Assembly: GCF_009834535.1 (NCBI RefSeq)
Contig: NC_045707.1
Span: forward strand, 50,718,001-50,782,000
DNA length: 64,000 bases
From: Camelus ferus
Taxonomy: Eukaryota
Direction: 5' to 3'
Shown: positions 39,001-51,890 of the stretch, piece by piece
How positions within the stretch are numbered: position 1 is the stretch's first letter
How the letters are laid out: each line of letters begins with the position of its first letter
Position numbers and translations under genes: made by a program
Notes under the pieces: generated by a model
What the model saw: the letters and a program-made list of their open reading frames with translations, nothing else
The model's database searches: none
What the model was told of the DNA's origin: nothing

Positions 39001-41039
39001 TTCCTCTTTCTCAATTTTACAGAGAAACTTGGAAGATATTTACACATTCCACTGGCCAATCTTGGGTGTCAATACTCATTTCTTGTTCTTCCATAAGCCA
39101 TTTTCTTTGTTGCTGGCCAACTTGTAGAATTCAAGGACTGATGACATCCCTGGGAAGGATGTTGTTACCTTCACATTAGCCTCAGAAGAAACAGCTACAC
39201 TCATATGATGAGCTCAATACAACTGTGGTCAAAGGATCATCTTATAATTTCCCTCTGCATAGCTTAATTCAGGTTTCAATGATTAATAAAGCTAATTTAA
39301 AATTTAAGTATAAATAAAGGAATGAGAACAATGAAAACAACCAAGATCAATATTAGTAGTGCTCCTAAAGTTCACAGGCCATGTCCTTCTACGAGGAGTT
39401 CCCTACTTATAATCTCCTTTTCCCTTGGTCCCCAGGGTTTAGTCTGAGACCTCTGTGAATCAAGGTCTCTTAACTCTGTCTCTCATCATCCCCCAGTGAC
39501 CCTTGTCTCCTGTTCTCATCATCCACCACCCAGAGGAAACAAAGGGTCAGTTAGCCTAACAATCTCTCGGGATTGCCTACATACTCAATGAACACTGTGT
39601 TTTTTACTATGTAGCACAAGTTTTTTTTTTCTCCCTTTGTGCAAACCTCTCCCATCAGAGTCCATACTCTGGATTTTGCCTTTTGATAGGCAATAGTCCT
39701 GTTAAGATGATTTTTTTGTTTCAAACAAAAGAAGAATCCCCACTCAAAACTGAATTCTGCTCCCCTCGTAACCTCTCCTCATTATAGAATTCATAAATAG
39801 TTGCATTTTTATAATGTTGGCCCACTCCATGTGTTAAATCACTTCAGTCTATGAAAAAGTACTCTTGCGGCTCAAATGTATTTGACATGTCACTTTTTAA
39901 AGGAAGAAGAAAGAAAGGGATAGAGGGAAGGAGAGAAGGCAAGAGAAAGGGAGGACGGTATTCTAGGGCTGGTAAAGAAAAGGAAACACAGCGAAGAAGG
40001 GACAATGCATCTTAACAAAATACAACTGGGACTTCAATATCCTACATACCATTAGGAAATTCCAGGGTGCCGTTTGTATGTGTAAATGTTAGTTTTGTTG
40101 TGGATATGATACATTACCCTATACCATTCAGTAGGGTATAATACACAACAGTGAAAACACATTTTTATGTCCTTAACAATCGTAATTTTAAACAAATCTA
40201 AGAAATTCTCACGAATTTCTGTACAGTGAAACACCAAAAGAACAGCAATCTTCGTTCTTCCCTTTTTTTTTTTTTTCTTTTTTTCTTTTTTAGGTTAGAA
40301 GCCAAGCAAAGTCAGCAGAAGAGAGAATCTCTATCCTGATATTCTCCAACTGCTTGCTTCCACTTTCTCATATTAGGGTATAACTCCAAGGCCATTTCAC
40401 CAAGTTCAACCTCTATCACTGTGTGGCCAGCAAAGAGGGAATCTTGTCCAAAGTGCCAGGACAGGAGCAAAGCAAGCTGCTTACAGGAGAACTAATCATC
40501 CAGTTACTAAACATAGAAAGAAGGTGAGAATAGAGTTACCACATCCACACTAAAGGCTACTTAGGATTTCCATGACCTCCATGTTAAGGGATTAAATTCT
40601 TTACATTTGTAACACTCTCTCTATTCCCCATGCCTCCTCCACTAACCCCATCTCCTGCCCCAGCCAGTTACAGACACTTCATAGCTAAATACTTACAAAT
40701 TAGGAAGAAATAGGAGAAAATGTAATGACTGCTGTGTTACCATGTAGTGACAACTTACTAATTTAATGACTACTGTCAAGGACTCCTCCCATGACTGACA
40801 CCCATGCTCATTAGCATCAGGAATTCTTGTCACACATAAGTGCCTGAGGGTTTGATAAGCTCAGATTTTACAAGTTTGAAACAATAAACACGATTTCATT
40901 AAAGGTTATATCTTACTTGATAGGAACCAAACACAAACACAAACATGATAATGAGATTTATTTGGAGGAAAGTTTCCTCTTCACAGTGCTCTGTCATACT
41001 TACAGTCCTACAAGGCACAGAATCCTGGAACTGGAAGGG

Positions 41040-41345
41040 AATGCTCAGTTGAGAAAGGGAGGCTCAGAGAGGATAAGCCATGTGTGCAAGGCCACACAAA
41101 TGCTAAGTGTTAGGACTAAACTCAGGCCCTCAGATTCCCAGGTTAGTCCTCTCTTCCATGGACCAGTGATCCTCAAATGTCTGTATGCCAAAGAATCACC
41201 AATAGTGCTCTTTAAACATGCAAGCGCCTAGGTCTCATCCTTAGAGCATCCTATATGGTAGAGCAAGGAGGGCCTGGGAACCTGTATTTCGATGGAGCGC
41301 CCCCTTGTGATTCAGCTGCAAGTGGACCACACTCTCGGACAGTGG
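41040..41345. mobile_element. MIR fragment followed by a MER5-like hAT element
   Basis: GAGGCTCAGAGAGGATAAG...CAAGGCCACACA, then CCAGTGATCCTCAAA...AGAATCACC...GGGCCTGGGAACCTGTATTT. Confidence 0.65.
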
Positions 41346-42249
41346 ACAACACCATCTGGCTGCTGAAAAGAGCACCAAAGTTTGCTCGCAGTATTTATAC
41401 ACATTTTTATTCTCTTCTTGGTTTGCCTCTCTCCCAATGTATTTCTCCCTTTGCCAATGGGCTCACAATTATGACTAACTTGTCAATAAGTAGAAATCAT
41501 GTCTAAACCCTCAGTGCTTTATAAACTCCACATAGTACTCTGTGCTGGGGGAGGCATGGAAAGGACAGTCTCCCACATAAGGAGATACTACATATTTTAA
41601 AGAATTGTACAAGTAGTGCAAGTGTATATGCTCATTGAAAAAATTAAACAGTGCAGAAGAATATAAATTAAAAAGTGAAGTTCTACCTGTATCATTCACC
41701 TAATCTCACTCTTCTCCCCAAAGTTACTCACTGCTGGGAGGCATGCATTCTTCAGATTTTTTAATGAATTTACATTCAGAGATGCATAAGTACGTGTGTG
41801 CTTTATGTGTGTGCTTTTATTTTACTTTTAGAAAGTTCTGCTTATAAAATGATCTCAGCAACTTTTTTTTTTAATATATATATAGGTGACAGAGGATACT
41901 GTCACCAGCACAGAACTTAAATCAAGGACATCTCAGGATGTGTGACTGCTCCTGGTAGTTACAGCATCCGCCCTTGATCTTTTTAAAAGTGAAGACTTCC
42001 TGGGCCTACATCCTCAAACACTTTTTGGTCAGTAAGTGGTGCTCCTCAGTTATATTAAAAAATATCTGTGAGGTGCTACAGGAAGCGGAAAGGGCTGGCA
42101 ATCACATTGTGTAAATGCGTGAATACTATTATAGGGTTCTCATGCAACCACAAGGTGCTAAATTAATTCAACTTGTAAGTTCTGCATAATTGAGAATCTG
42201 TTCCTGGGAGAAGGGTTGCATGGGGTGGGGCCAAGGGTGTCATGCGGGT

Positions 42250-44090
42250 GCTGCTGGGCATTCAGACAACATGTACAGCATTCATTCTGCTTCCCCACCT
42301 TCGAAACCCCACAGCCCAGCTGTCACCTTCAGCACCCAACTGAAATGGCTCTTTTGAGGTCACCCAAGATTCCAAACTGCTGAACCTTATTCTCTTGACT
42401 TCCACAGCATTTTTGGTTAACCATTTCTTCCCTCTACAAAGGTTCCTCCTCCCTTCTCTCCCCTCTGGTCCTGGTGAAACTGAGTATTCATTGTCCATCT
42501 TTACCAGGTTCTCTTAAACATTTATATACCTCAGGATTCCATCCTAGGAGTGCTTTTATTCTGCCTCTGTAACCTCTATCTGATGGAGCTCATAGAATCC
42601 CATAGCCTCAGCAATGATACCCAGATCTTCCTCTACAGCCTTGTTTTTCAATGAGCTAAGGGCTCACCTTCTCAAGAGTGTCTGCAACACAAATGTGGCC
42701 TAACAGCAAACTGGTGTCTCCCTTTCCATCCTTCCACCAACCTGTTCTCTATACCCCAGGTATTACTCATATCAGTTAAGGATAAAACAACTGAATTAGA
42801 AACTTCATTACCATTCCTCATTCCTCCCTTTACCTTATTCTTCTCTTCAAATCCTATCGATTCTACCTCCAAAATATTTATGAACTCTGTCATCTCCACT
42901 CTGCTCCCTAGGGTAATAGGGTAATAATCTGCACTTAACCATCATCTGCACTTAAACCAAAGTCATGGCTCCCTGGCAGGCATCCCTATATGAGATCTCT
43001 TTTCCTCCTCCAATCCCAAACATTTTACACCCAAAAAATTCATCTTTCTGAAACATACATACAAATAACCTTAAGTGGGTTCCCATAACCTAAAGGATAT
43101 AAATTTAAAATCCTTAACACACTTTCTAATCCTGCCCCAACCTACAGTCTCAGCCTTATCTCTGGTCTCAAATAACTCAGCAATTCCCCCCAAATGCCAT
43201 AAACCTCCTCATCTTTTGGGTCCCTCAACCCAGAGTGAACTCTGCCAACAATTCCTTCAATATGTAAAATATATGCTTTCTCCTCTATACATCCACTCTG
43301 GCAACACCTGTCCACAACCTCCTTCAAGGCACTCACCTCTTTCTCTGTGCTCCCACCTTGCACCTCCTTAATCAGGACACTTCCTTTAGCATTCATTCAC
43401 GTGTTCTACTTTAGCATTCATCTACTTTAGCATTCATTCACATGTTCTTTCAGCCCGCACATAACTGAGCATCCGTAACTGTGTATCGTAATAACACACA
43501 TCATTTCTAAACCCTACTAACCTTAGTAAACCTGTTAACTTGTAATTCTGCACCAACTTCCAGCATATAGAACATATATACATATAGCCTTACATATAAA
43601 AGCTTCTTGATAAACGTTTGTTATTAAATGGATGGATGGATGAATGAAACATAATCTCAATAAATAATAACCCTGTGTGGAAATGACCTTCAACTTTGTT
43701 CTCAAGAAGCCGACTACTAGAAAGCCACAGCTTTGAATCCCATCACCAGTCCTGAACCCTGTCCTCCAGAATTTGCTCCTTCTTTCGTTTATGTATTCTC
43801 ATATTCAATAACTATTTAGTATCTACTGTGTACCATGGCCCTAGGTGCCAGGGAGAAATTAGTGAATGAGACAGACAAAAACCCTGATCTCCTGAAATTT
43901 ACATCGGGTGGAACAACATAAACTATAGACAAACACAGAATTAGAATATATGGCATTTCAGTCAGTGATGAATATTAGGGAGGAAAATAAAACTAAGAAG
44001 GGGAAAGGGTGCTGAGAGTATGATTAAAGGTTTGAGGGAGGGCCATGCTGAATAGAGAGAGAGGTCAAGAAACGGCTTAGGGAGGCATAA
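42250..44090. mobile_element. L2 fragments (plus-strand body and tail, then a minus-strand L2a-like end)
   Basis: TCCTATCGATTCTACCTCCAAAATAT, tail TGGATGGATGAATGAA, and reverse tail AGTGAATGAGACAGACAAAAACCCTG. Confidence 0.65.
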
Positions 44091-45773
44091 TTCTAATTTG
44101 TGTTCCAGGGATGGCTTCTTACCAAGGCCAAGCAAATAAGATACAAAACCCACCTTCCCGGTTCCTTCTTAGAAAAAAAAAAAAAGGCAGGCAGAGAGGA
44201 ACAAAGAGGCCTACAGCACACAACCATGTCTGTGGGTTTATAAGGAGCAGGACAGAAGTGGCGTCAACCTGATCCTAGAATTACAAGTTCATCCTTCTCT
44301 TGGAAGAGCCTCTGGATGTTATAAGAAAGAAAAAATCTGAAGCCCTAGGGCCTTGCAGGGAGCATCAGAGAAGAGGCTAGGATACTCTATCAGAGACAGG
44401 CTTGGACCTGAACTCTCCAGTCAGGCTGAGGCAGGCTTGGCAGCATGGAAATCAGAAGTAGCCCAGGGTTAAGAGTTACAGAATGAGAAAGGAAATGGGC
44501 AGTAGGCTTGGGCCAGATGCCTTTTAAGTTTACGTTTATCTTTTTCACCTTCATAGGAGACATAGACCCCAATCACAAACTATTTCCAATTCCATGACTT
44601 CTGATGATTTTCACATAATTAAATTAATACATATACCATTTTTGGTATCAGCAATTTTTACGATATAAGACTGATATGTCAGTGATCTTCAGAAAACACT
44701 ATTTCCAGAATTCTTTGCTTAATGATATTTGGTTACAACTAGCAAATATCATTGGAAAGGAAAGGGAATATTCTAATAAGGAAATATAGTTTCATTCTCT
44801 AACAATATTTGGATCCTTTAAATGCCATATTTAATTGTTTTACTGACATTCTGGAAGGCTTCTCTGGGCTTCTGTTACCTTATAATTAAATGGCAGAAAT
44901 TATCAGTGAGAGTAATGTGATTAAAACTGTACCCAAAAATCAGATTCATAAAAAAATTGAGACATTAAGAAGTTATCTTTCAAGGATTTAGTAAGTTATG
45001 AAAACTACAGTCATCATGTCATTTGGAACTCTTTTTACTGTTATTTAGGTTGTAAATTTCTTCTAGAAAGAAAAAAAAATTCCTGGAAACAAAATGATAT
45101 AAATTCATGGATTTAAACACTGCAAATGCCCATCCTAGAATGTGAGCTAAAGAATGCTCTTGTAATACCAAATTTGTGAATGGCTTCACTTGACAGATAG
45201 ATTGCTTCAAGCAAGGCTGAACATTTATAAAGGACAGAGGAGGAGAGAGAGAGGCTGAAAAGATACTCATATAAATTATTTCATTTATACCTCATTCCTG
45301 AAGTTGTTTAGAAGCAGGCAACTTACTGAAGGAGAAGTGCTTTCCTTCAGTAACTGTCTTCCCTACTCCATTCCTGTCATGCTGTATGTAGGCTTGAGAA
45401 TGAAGCATCTAATCAATGGGGGGAGCCATGACCTTAATTACAACCCAGAAATGCAGCATATCTACCAGGGAGAAGGAAGACAGGTACTGCCACATGATGC
45501 TTCTTTGGCTTTTTGCTCTCCACCCTGGTAGATATTCCAACCTGCTTCTACCTGCCTCTGACTTACCTCCACAGAGATGAAAGAAGAGAACAGAGGGAGA
45601 CCATGGTTCAGAGGGTTTTCAATGACATAGCTAGCTATTTCCCGCTGAACTGGTACATACCACCCAGAAGATTTGCCTGGATTCAGGCAACTTCTCACCT
45701 CAGCTCTTTGCCTAAATCCCTGCTCCCCAGTCCATGATCCCTGCCTGAGTTATAAATCTCAGCGGCAATACAT

Positions 45774-45915
45774 GTAGTGGGCTAGAGCTGGCCCATACTA
45801 GTTCACAAGAATGGATTGTTAAAAATTTGCAAGCCCACTGATCTCACTTTGGTAGCTTGAAATTGGTCAGGGTAGGAGTATTTATACCAGGGAAACTGTC
45901 ACATGCTACAAATTC
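45774..45915. mobile_element. MER63A-like hAT-Blackjack element
   Basis: GGTAGCTTGAAATTGGTCAGGGTAGGAGTATTTATACCAGGGAAACTGTCACATGCTACAAAT. Confidence 0.65.
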
Positions 45916-47269
45916 TCTTCCTCATCCCTACTCTCCCAACCCCCACTACTGCTTCTAATCCACTGCCTGGTTTAATTTGGAGAATCTGCATGCTGATCCT
46001 GCTTTATCTAATTTCCATGGATGTATCATTATGCCCCCCCCCCCGATCCTTTCTGTCTGTGAGTTCGTGATCCTGCCCCTTTTAACTTAATGTTACTCCA
46101 CTCTGTCCATGTCTCAGCATGGGAATACACTCTGCCAAAAGCTACCTCAGCAGGGGGAGATAAATATCCCCCTCGTCCAAGGTATGATTTGGCTTCAGAG
46201 TATGAGTAAACCTGAATCTACAGATGGATTATATAGTTACTAGCTCTTCAACCACTCATCCTATTTCTAATAACTAACTGCCCTTCCTTGGCATCCGTAA
46301 TAAAGACAATATGCTATCTCCTTAAGAAAGCATCTTTTGGCAATATAAATGACCATTTCAGGAAGGAAAAAAACTATTTGGAGCAGAAAAAATTTTTTTT
46401 CTCTTTCTTTCAATTTCTTCTACATTCTGCTGCCATATTATTTTCCTGTAATACAGATCTTATCATGATACAAAATTTTTTGATGGAACTCTATTTGGTT
46501 GATAAAGATCTTACAATTAATACTAATTTTTATGTCTCAATGAGAAAGAATAATTAGGACTATATAACAGCAGACGAAATAATGCAAAACTCAATTGGAA
46601 TCTAAAAGTACAAAATCTGAGGATTATTCAGTCCTTTGAATTATTAACATCCTGCTCTCAGTATTTATGATGATTAAGAATTAAATGCAATTCTGCTTAG
46701 TTTGAAGTCTTCCTACATTAAAGAATTGCACAACTAGAAATTACTTACCTAAAACTTGCTTAAACCTAAGAGTCATATCAGGATCTTATTAAAAACAAAC
46801 AAACAAACAAACATATAAACAAAAAAATGGCCCTGAGCAGAGAATCTCCACAAGGAGAGAACTTGAACATTGTAACAAATGTCTTCAGTAATTTTGTTGT
46901 CATACATCCTGGAAAATATTGGTTTGGTATAACCTCCTATTTTTTAATAAATGAGGAAACTGGACTAGAGAAGTAAAATACTGATGATTAATAACAGCCA
47001 ACCTGAGACTATTAATTAGACTTTTCACTATGTCATAGTTTAAGTCAGTAGACAGAAAATTAAAGGTTTATGTTATCCACAATAAAAACAGACAGCTATC
47101 ACTTATGAAATGGCAAACAAACATATTATAGGACATCATCAATATTTATTATATGAATCACTTTCAAAAAATTAAGTAAAATTTTGAAGTATTCTGCATT
47201 AAAAAAAGTCAAACATATATTTGAAAAACATGCCAGAAATAGTTAACTAAGCAAATAAAAATAACTGCC

Positions 47270-47478
47270 ACATTGCCTTTTATGACCTGTTCTCAGAAGT
47301 CCATAATACCTTTTCTGCTGCATTGTATTTATTGAGGCAGTCATAAAGGCCCACCAAGTTTTAAAGAGGAGGACTGCAGTGAGGAGAGACAGACTCCACT
47401 TCTGGATTGGGAAGTTGCAAGGGTCTGTGGGATTGGAAATGTTCTTGCAACCATTTTTGGAAAATTCAATCTACAACA
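47270..47478 (-). mobile_element. Old MLT1 LTR fragment
   Basis: GCCTTTTATGACCT...CTCAGAAGTC...TTCTGCTGCATTGTATT...CCATTTTTGGAAAATTCAATCTACAACA. Confidence 0.65.
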
Positions 47479-47905
47479 GCAGGGCCTTAAGTGAATGTAC
47501 CTGGGTTGTCGTTTAACTCATGGTACAGCTGCAGATAATTTATTTAAGTCTACATAAATGTTTCCAAAAACCAAGTTGGATGTTGCATGTAGCTGTAGGT
47601 TAATCTGAAAGAGAACTTACTCAAATGCATTTTTAAGACAAATGCTTTTAGCATGGTGAAAATGTGTGGTTGTGGTTATTCATTTGGTCATATGTAATTA
47701 GTCAATAAATAGGTATATACTTTGGGTTGTAAGTGTGTGAGTGAATAAAAGTTAGATGTAACAACAGCCATCTCTCTATTACCCAAACACATCCATATAT
47801 ATGTGGGAATACATATACATGCGTATGTGTAGATACATTTTTATGTACATACACAGATACATATATATGTTCCACTAAAGACAATTCAGGAATGTCAACT
47901 TTTTA

Positions 47906-48872
47906 AAAGAAACTTTATTTTCCATCAATCTTATTTCCATTTTCTGTTAAGAGTCTTAGGAACAATTTAAGATAACTCAGTGGTCGTTCCTACCTGTTCA
48001 GTAGCCCAAGTGTGGAAGCTGCCGTCCAGTCCCCTGTGGCTGCCTGAGGGCTGCAGTCTTCAGTAGTGAACTGCTGGATGGACACAGAGAACACCTGCTG
48101 ACCCGTCAGCAACCTCAGGTTGAGCAGCAGTAAATTCAGGAGCTTGAGCAGTCCATTCACTCTGAAATTTCTCCGGGGTCACAGCCTTTCCAGCAGTGGC
48201 CGGACCTCCCTCGTCAGCGTCCTCAGCGTCTCTTCAGGTGTCGAGATCCGGCTGACCTCTCCCGGGTGTTCACGGGAGACGGTGCCGCGCATGCGCACAA
48301 CTTCCCACGCGGCGTCCACCGCGTAGACCCAGCGCTGGAGCCTGCTTGTTGTGGGGACGGCGAGGCCCTCATAGGGCAGAGGCGAGCCTGTGAGGCACGG
48401 TGACAGCAGGCTGGTTAACATACGATGCCTCTGAGATCAGCCCTGGATCAGCGACCACCGGAAATCTCGGCTCCTGGAAGGCTGCCTGGATCAGGCTAAG
48501 GACGGTTCCAGAAGAGAAGCGGCCTGACGAGAGGAGAGGCTCCTACCTCAGCACAGCCCCCTAGCCAGTGTTCCTGAAGGACCTGAGCCCGGTTTCAGGG
48601 GCCACAATGGCACGAGCTGCCAGCAGAAGCTTCTCCCAGGTTCTCTTGGCGTGTGCGAGGTAATGCCCTCATTTTTCCTTTTCTAGGTGTACTGTTCCAC
48701 TTGGTCGTCATGGTTGATGCTGCCTAAGTGGGTTCCTGCCGCAAGGAATTTGAAGAGATCCTCCTTCATTGGCAGGACATCAGGGCTCCTGACACTGTGA
48801 AAGTTTCCCTTTAAGTTATGAGAGGAGCCCAGAACAACGCTGTATGGACCCCTCTCTGGGTAGCACAGAAAA
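47906..48872 (-). pseudogene. RPSA: Processed pseudogene of 40S ribosomal protein SA (laminin receptor 1)
   Basis: The minus strand carries an RPSA-like 5' UTR (TTTTCTGTGCTACCCAGAGAGGGGTCCATAC...GGGAAACTTTCACA). Recognisable peptides: [61 protein letters not shown]. Start is mutated to GTG (48795), with an in-frame TAG, many indels and no introns. Stop at 47969-47967; AATAAA at 47919-47914. Degenerate TSD: CAGGAATGTCAACTTTTTA (47887-47905) / CAAGAATATCATTTTTA (48874-48890). Confidence 0.95.
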
Positions 48873-49020
48873 CCAAGAATATCATTTTTAATAAATTTTA
48901 AAAAAGCATTATATTAGCAAATTAAATTGTGGTCAATTTGTATACAGTGAAAATTTTGAAGAAAATAGATGACATCCTACCTCTGGAAGAACTCTCAGCG
49001 CTTTGTAGCTTAAAGGTCAG

Positions 49021-49415
49021 TGTTAGGGGCTGAATTGTATCCCTCGAAGTTCATATGTTGAAGCCCTAAACCCCAATACCTAGAATGTGACTCTGTTTGG
49101 AAAGAGAGCCTGTACAGAGATAATTATGTTTAAATAAGTTCAATACAGTAGACCCTAGTCTAATCTGCTGTCCTTAAAATGAGATTTGGACACAAAGAGG
49201 TAACCAGGGCACTAATGCACAGAGGGAAAACCACGTGAGGACACAGCAAGAGGGTAACTAACCATCTACCAGCCAGAGAGAGAGACTTCACATGAAACCA
49301 GCTCCACTGTCATTGTGGTTTTGGACTTTCAGCCTCTAGAACGGTGAGAAAATCCATTCCTGTTGTTTAAGCCACCTAGTTAGTGGTACTTTATGGCACC
49401 TAGTAAACTAACATA
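49021..49415 (+). mobile_element. MaLR LTR (MLT1A/B-like)
   Basis: TGTTAGGGGCTGAATTGTATCCC...TTCATATGTTGAAGCCCTAA...CTGTTGTTTAAGCCACC...AAACTAACATA. 5-bp TSD GTCAG/GTCAC. Confidence 0.9.
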
Positions 49416-51639
49416 GTCACTCAATCTAGTATCTAAATGCATAGATGGAATTAGACATCTCTTAATATTTTTCTAAATAGTCTATCAAGAGTTTTCTCCC
49501 AGAAAACTTTAAATAAAATGGGGGAAAGTCTGTCTTTTATAAAGCCTCACTTGTCCCTGAATTTCCCTCCTGCACTTGTGCCCCTCATGCACACGTGTTT
49601 AAGGTCCTCTGGTCTTGTGTGTTTGAGACTCTTTTATAAAAGACAATTCTGAGTATATTCAAAGCATAATTTCCTAGGCAAACACAAATAAGGCTTAAGA
49701 TTAGAAATTTTATAATTAAGTCAACCTAAAGTTTAAATATCCTTTTGGTTATAATTTATCTTTTAAAAAATGAACAAAATGCAGTATTGGGGTCAGAGCA
49801 TTTGAGCCTTGAGTTAATAGCCATGAGAGACTTTTGCACTCCTCTGATTATAAATGTATTGCCCTTTCTACACAAGGATGGTGCTACTATCATATAATCA
49901 TTATTTTAGCACAAGCTGGCAGGAAAAACAGCAGTAACAACAAACACCTTTGTTTCATTTAAAGAAGGAAAAATATATTAATAGTTTTTTTAAAAAAATA
50001 CAAATTGCAAATATTTGTACTTGTGTAAAGTTGTGTGAAAATATTTGTTTACTTGTGTAAGTATGTTGCTTTGTGTCTGTATATTTATGTCTGCATATCA
50101 ATGAAGTCAAGAGATTAAACCATTTATGAGCTATGTGTCCTGGGTTAAATTTCTCAGTGTAAACTACAGCCCCCTCATCTATTAAATGGGGCTAATAAAA
50201 TGTTATCTCCAAAGGACTGAGGTTGGGGGATTAAATAAGAAAACACATGCAAAACTCTTGGCAGAATGGTTGATACATAACAAGAGGTCAATAAAATTTA
50301 GCAGCTGTAAGCTGTTATTAGCAGTAAAGTTCAAATGCTGAATTCCTCGAAGTCAGAGACCTTAGTTGTCTCAAGGTCATCATATCGTAGAGAATAGGTT
50401 CTCTATGAGTATTGTGGGTTGCATTAAATTGCTATAGGTTGGACTGAACCAAAACATATATTATATTACATTTACACAATGTTTTGTATTTCTGATACTT
50501 TCTAAAAGTATTTTAATATTGCAAAGAAAAATATTTACCAAATATTAAAGTAGCTGGCTGGGGAAAATAAATTATATTAAGAAATCTAAGTCAGTTTGGA
50601 TTCGATTCTTTTAAGCCCAATGCTTTTAAACAATGTGTAGTCAGTAACCATGACTGACCATAAGCAGACTTCTGTTTCAAAGAAAATTTGATAATTTTGT
50701 TGATATTTGAATTTGCTTTGTTGATCAAAATATTTAATTTTTCCTTTGCTGTTTAGAGTTGATGAATTTGATGTGTGATTTTAGAAACTTCAATCTTTGT
50801 TTTTCTGAAAAAATGCAAAACATTTGCTATTTTTCAAGCTTCAAGGGTCTGAAATCAGTTCAAGGCTCAAAACTGATAATGGCACGAGTCCACTCAATTT
50901 AGCAAAAGTGTGTTCTCTCTGTTCCTCTCTAAATGTTACAGAGAATTTATTATCTTTTTTTTTTTACATTTAAAAAACAGAAACAGTAAGCCAAGGATGT
51001 CAACGCATCATGGACTCATAAGAGAAAAGCCTATTTTGATTGCTTATTTCTCACTTTTACAATTTACCCTAACAGAAGATTTCTAGAAACGTAAAGGACA
51101 GTGAGAATGTGATATAATGGGGAGATCACTGGGACAGAAGTCAGAAATCCAGATTACAGCCCTGATCCTGCTAAATCACACAATTTCTGGTGAAAGGTAG
51201 TAAATTTCTCTGGATCTCAGCCTTTTCTGGAAAATAGGGAGTATAATAGTGTGTTCTTCTCTATGAAGATACAATTATGCTTTGAAAAATGGAGAACACA
51301 ACTTAAATGTAAGAAGTTTTTGTCTCATATGTTGTCTGCTATGACATACATTTTTCTCTATGAAAATGAATATTGAATAAGTCAGTGCCACCAACAGATC
51401 TCATGAGCATTTAACAATGTACTTTGAACATTTATTGCATGGCAATTGTGTACCATTTATTGCCTGGCTCCTATGAACTAGGGATTTGAAATATATTACT
51501 GCCTGATCTTTAGAATGCAGGTACTAGGTAGTCATTATTATGATGATTTGACAGATAAACCAACAAGAGCATCAGTCCTGAGTGTTTCATCCACATGTGC
51601 AGGAAAAAAAATTCTAGACTTGAAGCTAGGAAGCATGAC

Positions 51640-51890
51640 TATTCCCATTTTACAGATGGAGCTTCTGAGACTGAGGCTGAGTTGCCCAGAGTCAAGCAGA
51701 AAGTTAGTGACAGATAGAGGCTCCAGCACTTCTGGGAGGTGGGTACTAGGGGCTCCATTTAACCTCAGGATAACTGAGGCTCAGAGAGCTTAAAGAATCT
51801 GCCCTAAATTTCCCAGGCAGAAAGTGCTGGAGCCAGGATTTAAACCCAGATCTGTTGACTGCAAAGCTAACGTTCTTTTAACTACCACAC
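51640..51890 (-). mobile_element. Two adjacent MIR fragments
   Basis: ATTCCCATTTTACAGATGGAG...CTGAGACTGAGG and AACTGAGGCTCAGAGAGCTTAA...GGAGCCAGGATTTAAACCCAGATCTG. Confidence 0.8.

Noticed and set aside
41885..41906. 8-bp perfect hairpin GGTGACAG-N6-CTGTCACC (also a 7-bp stem at 1492-1509)
   Set aside because: Stems this short are expected by chance in 64 kb; no RNA-gene context.
48179..48421. 80-aa ORF as a functional RPSA-derived protein
   Set aside because: A frameshift mosaic of the pseudogene; only a short stretch is in the RPSA frame.
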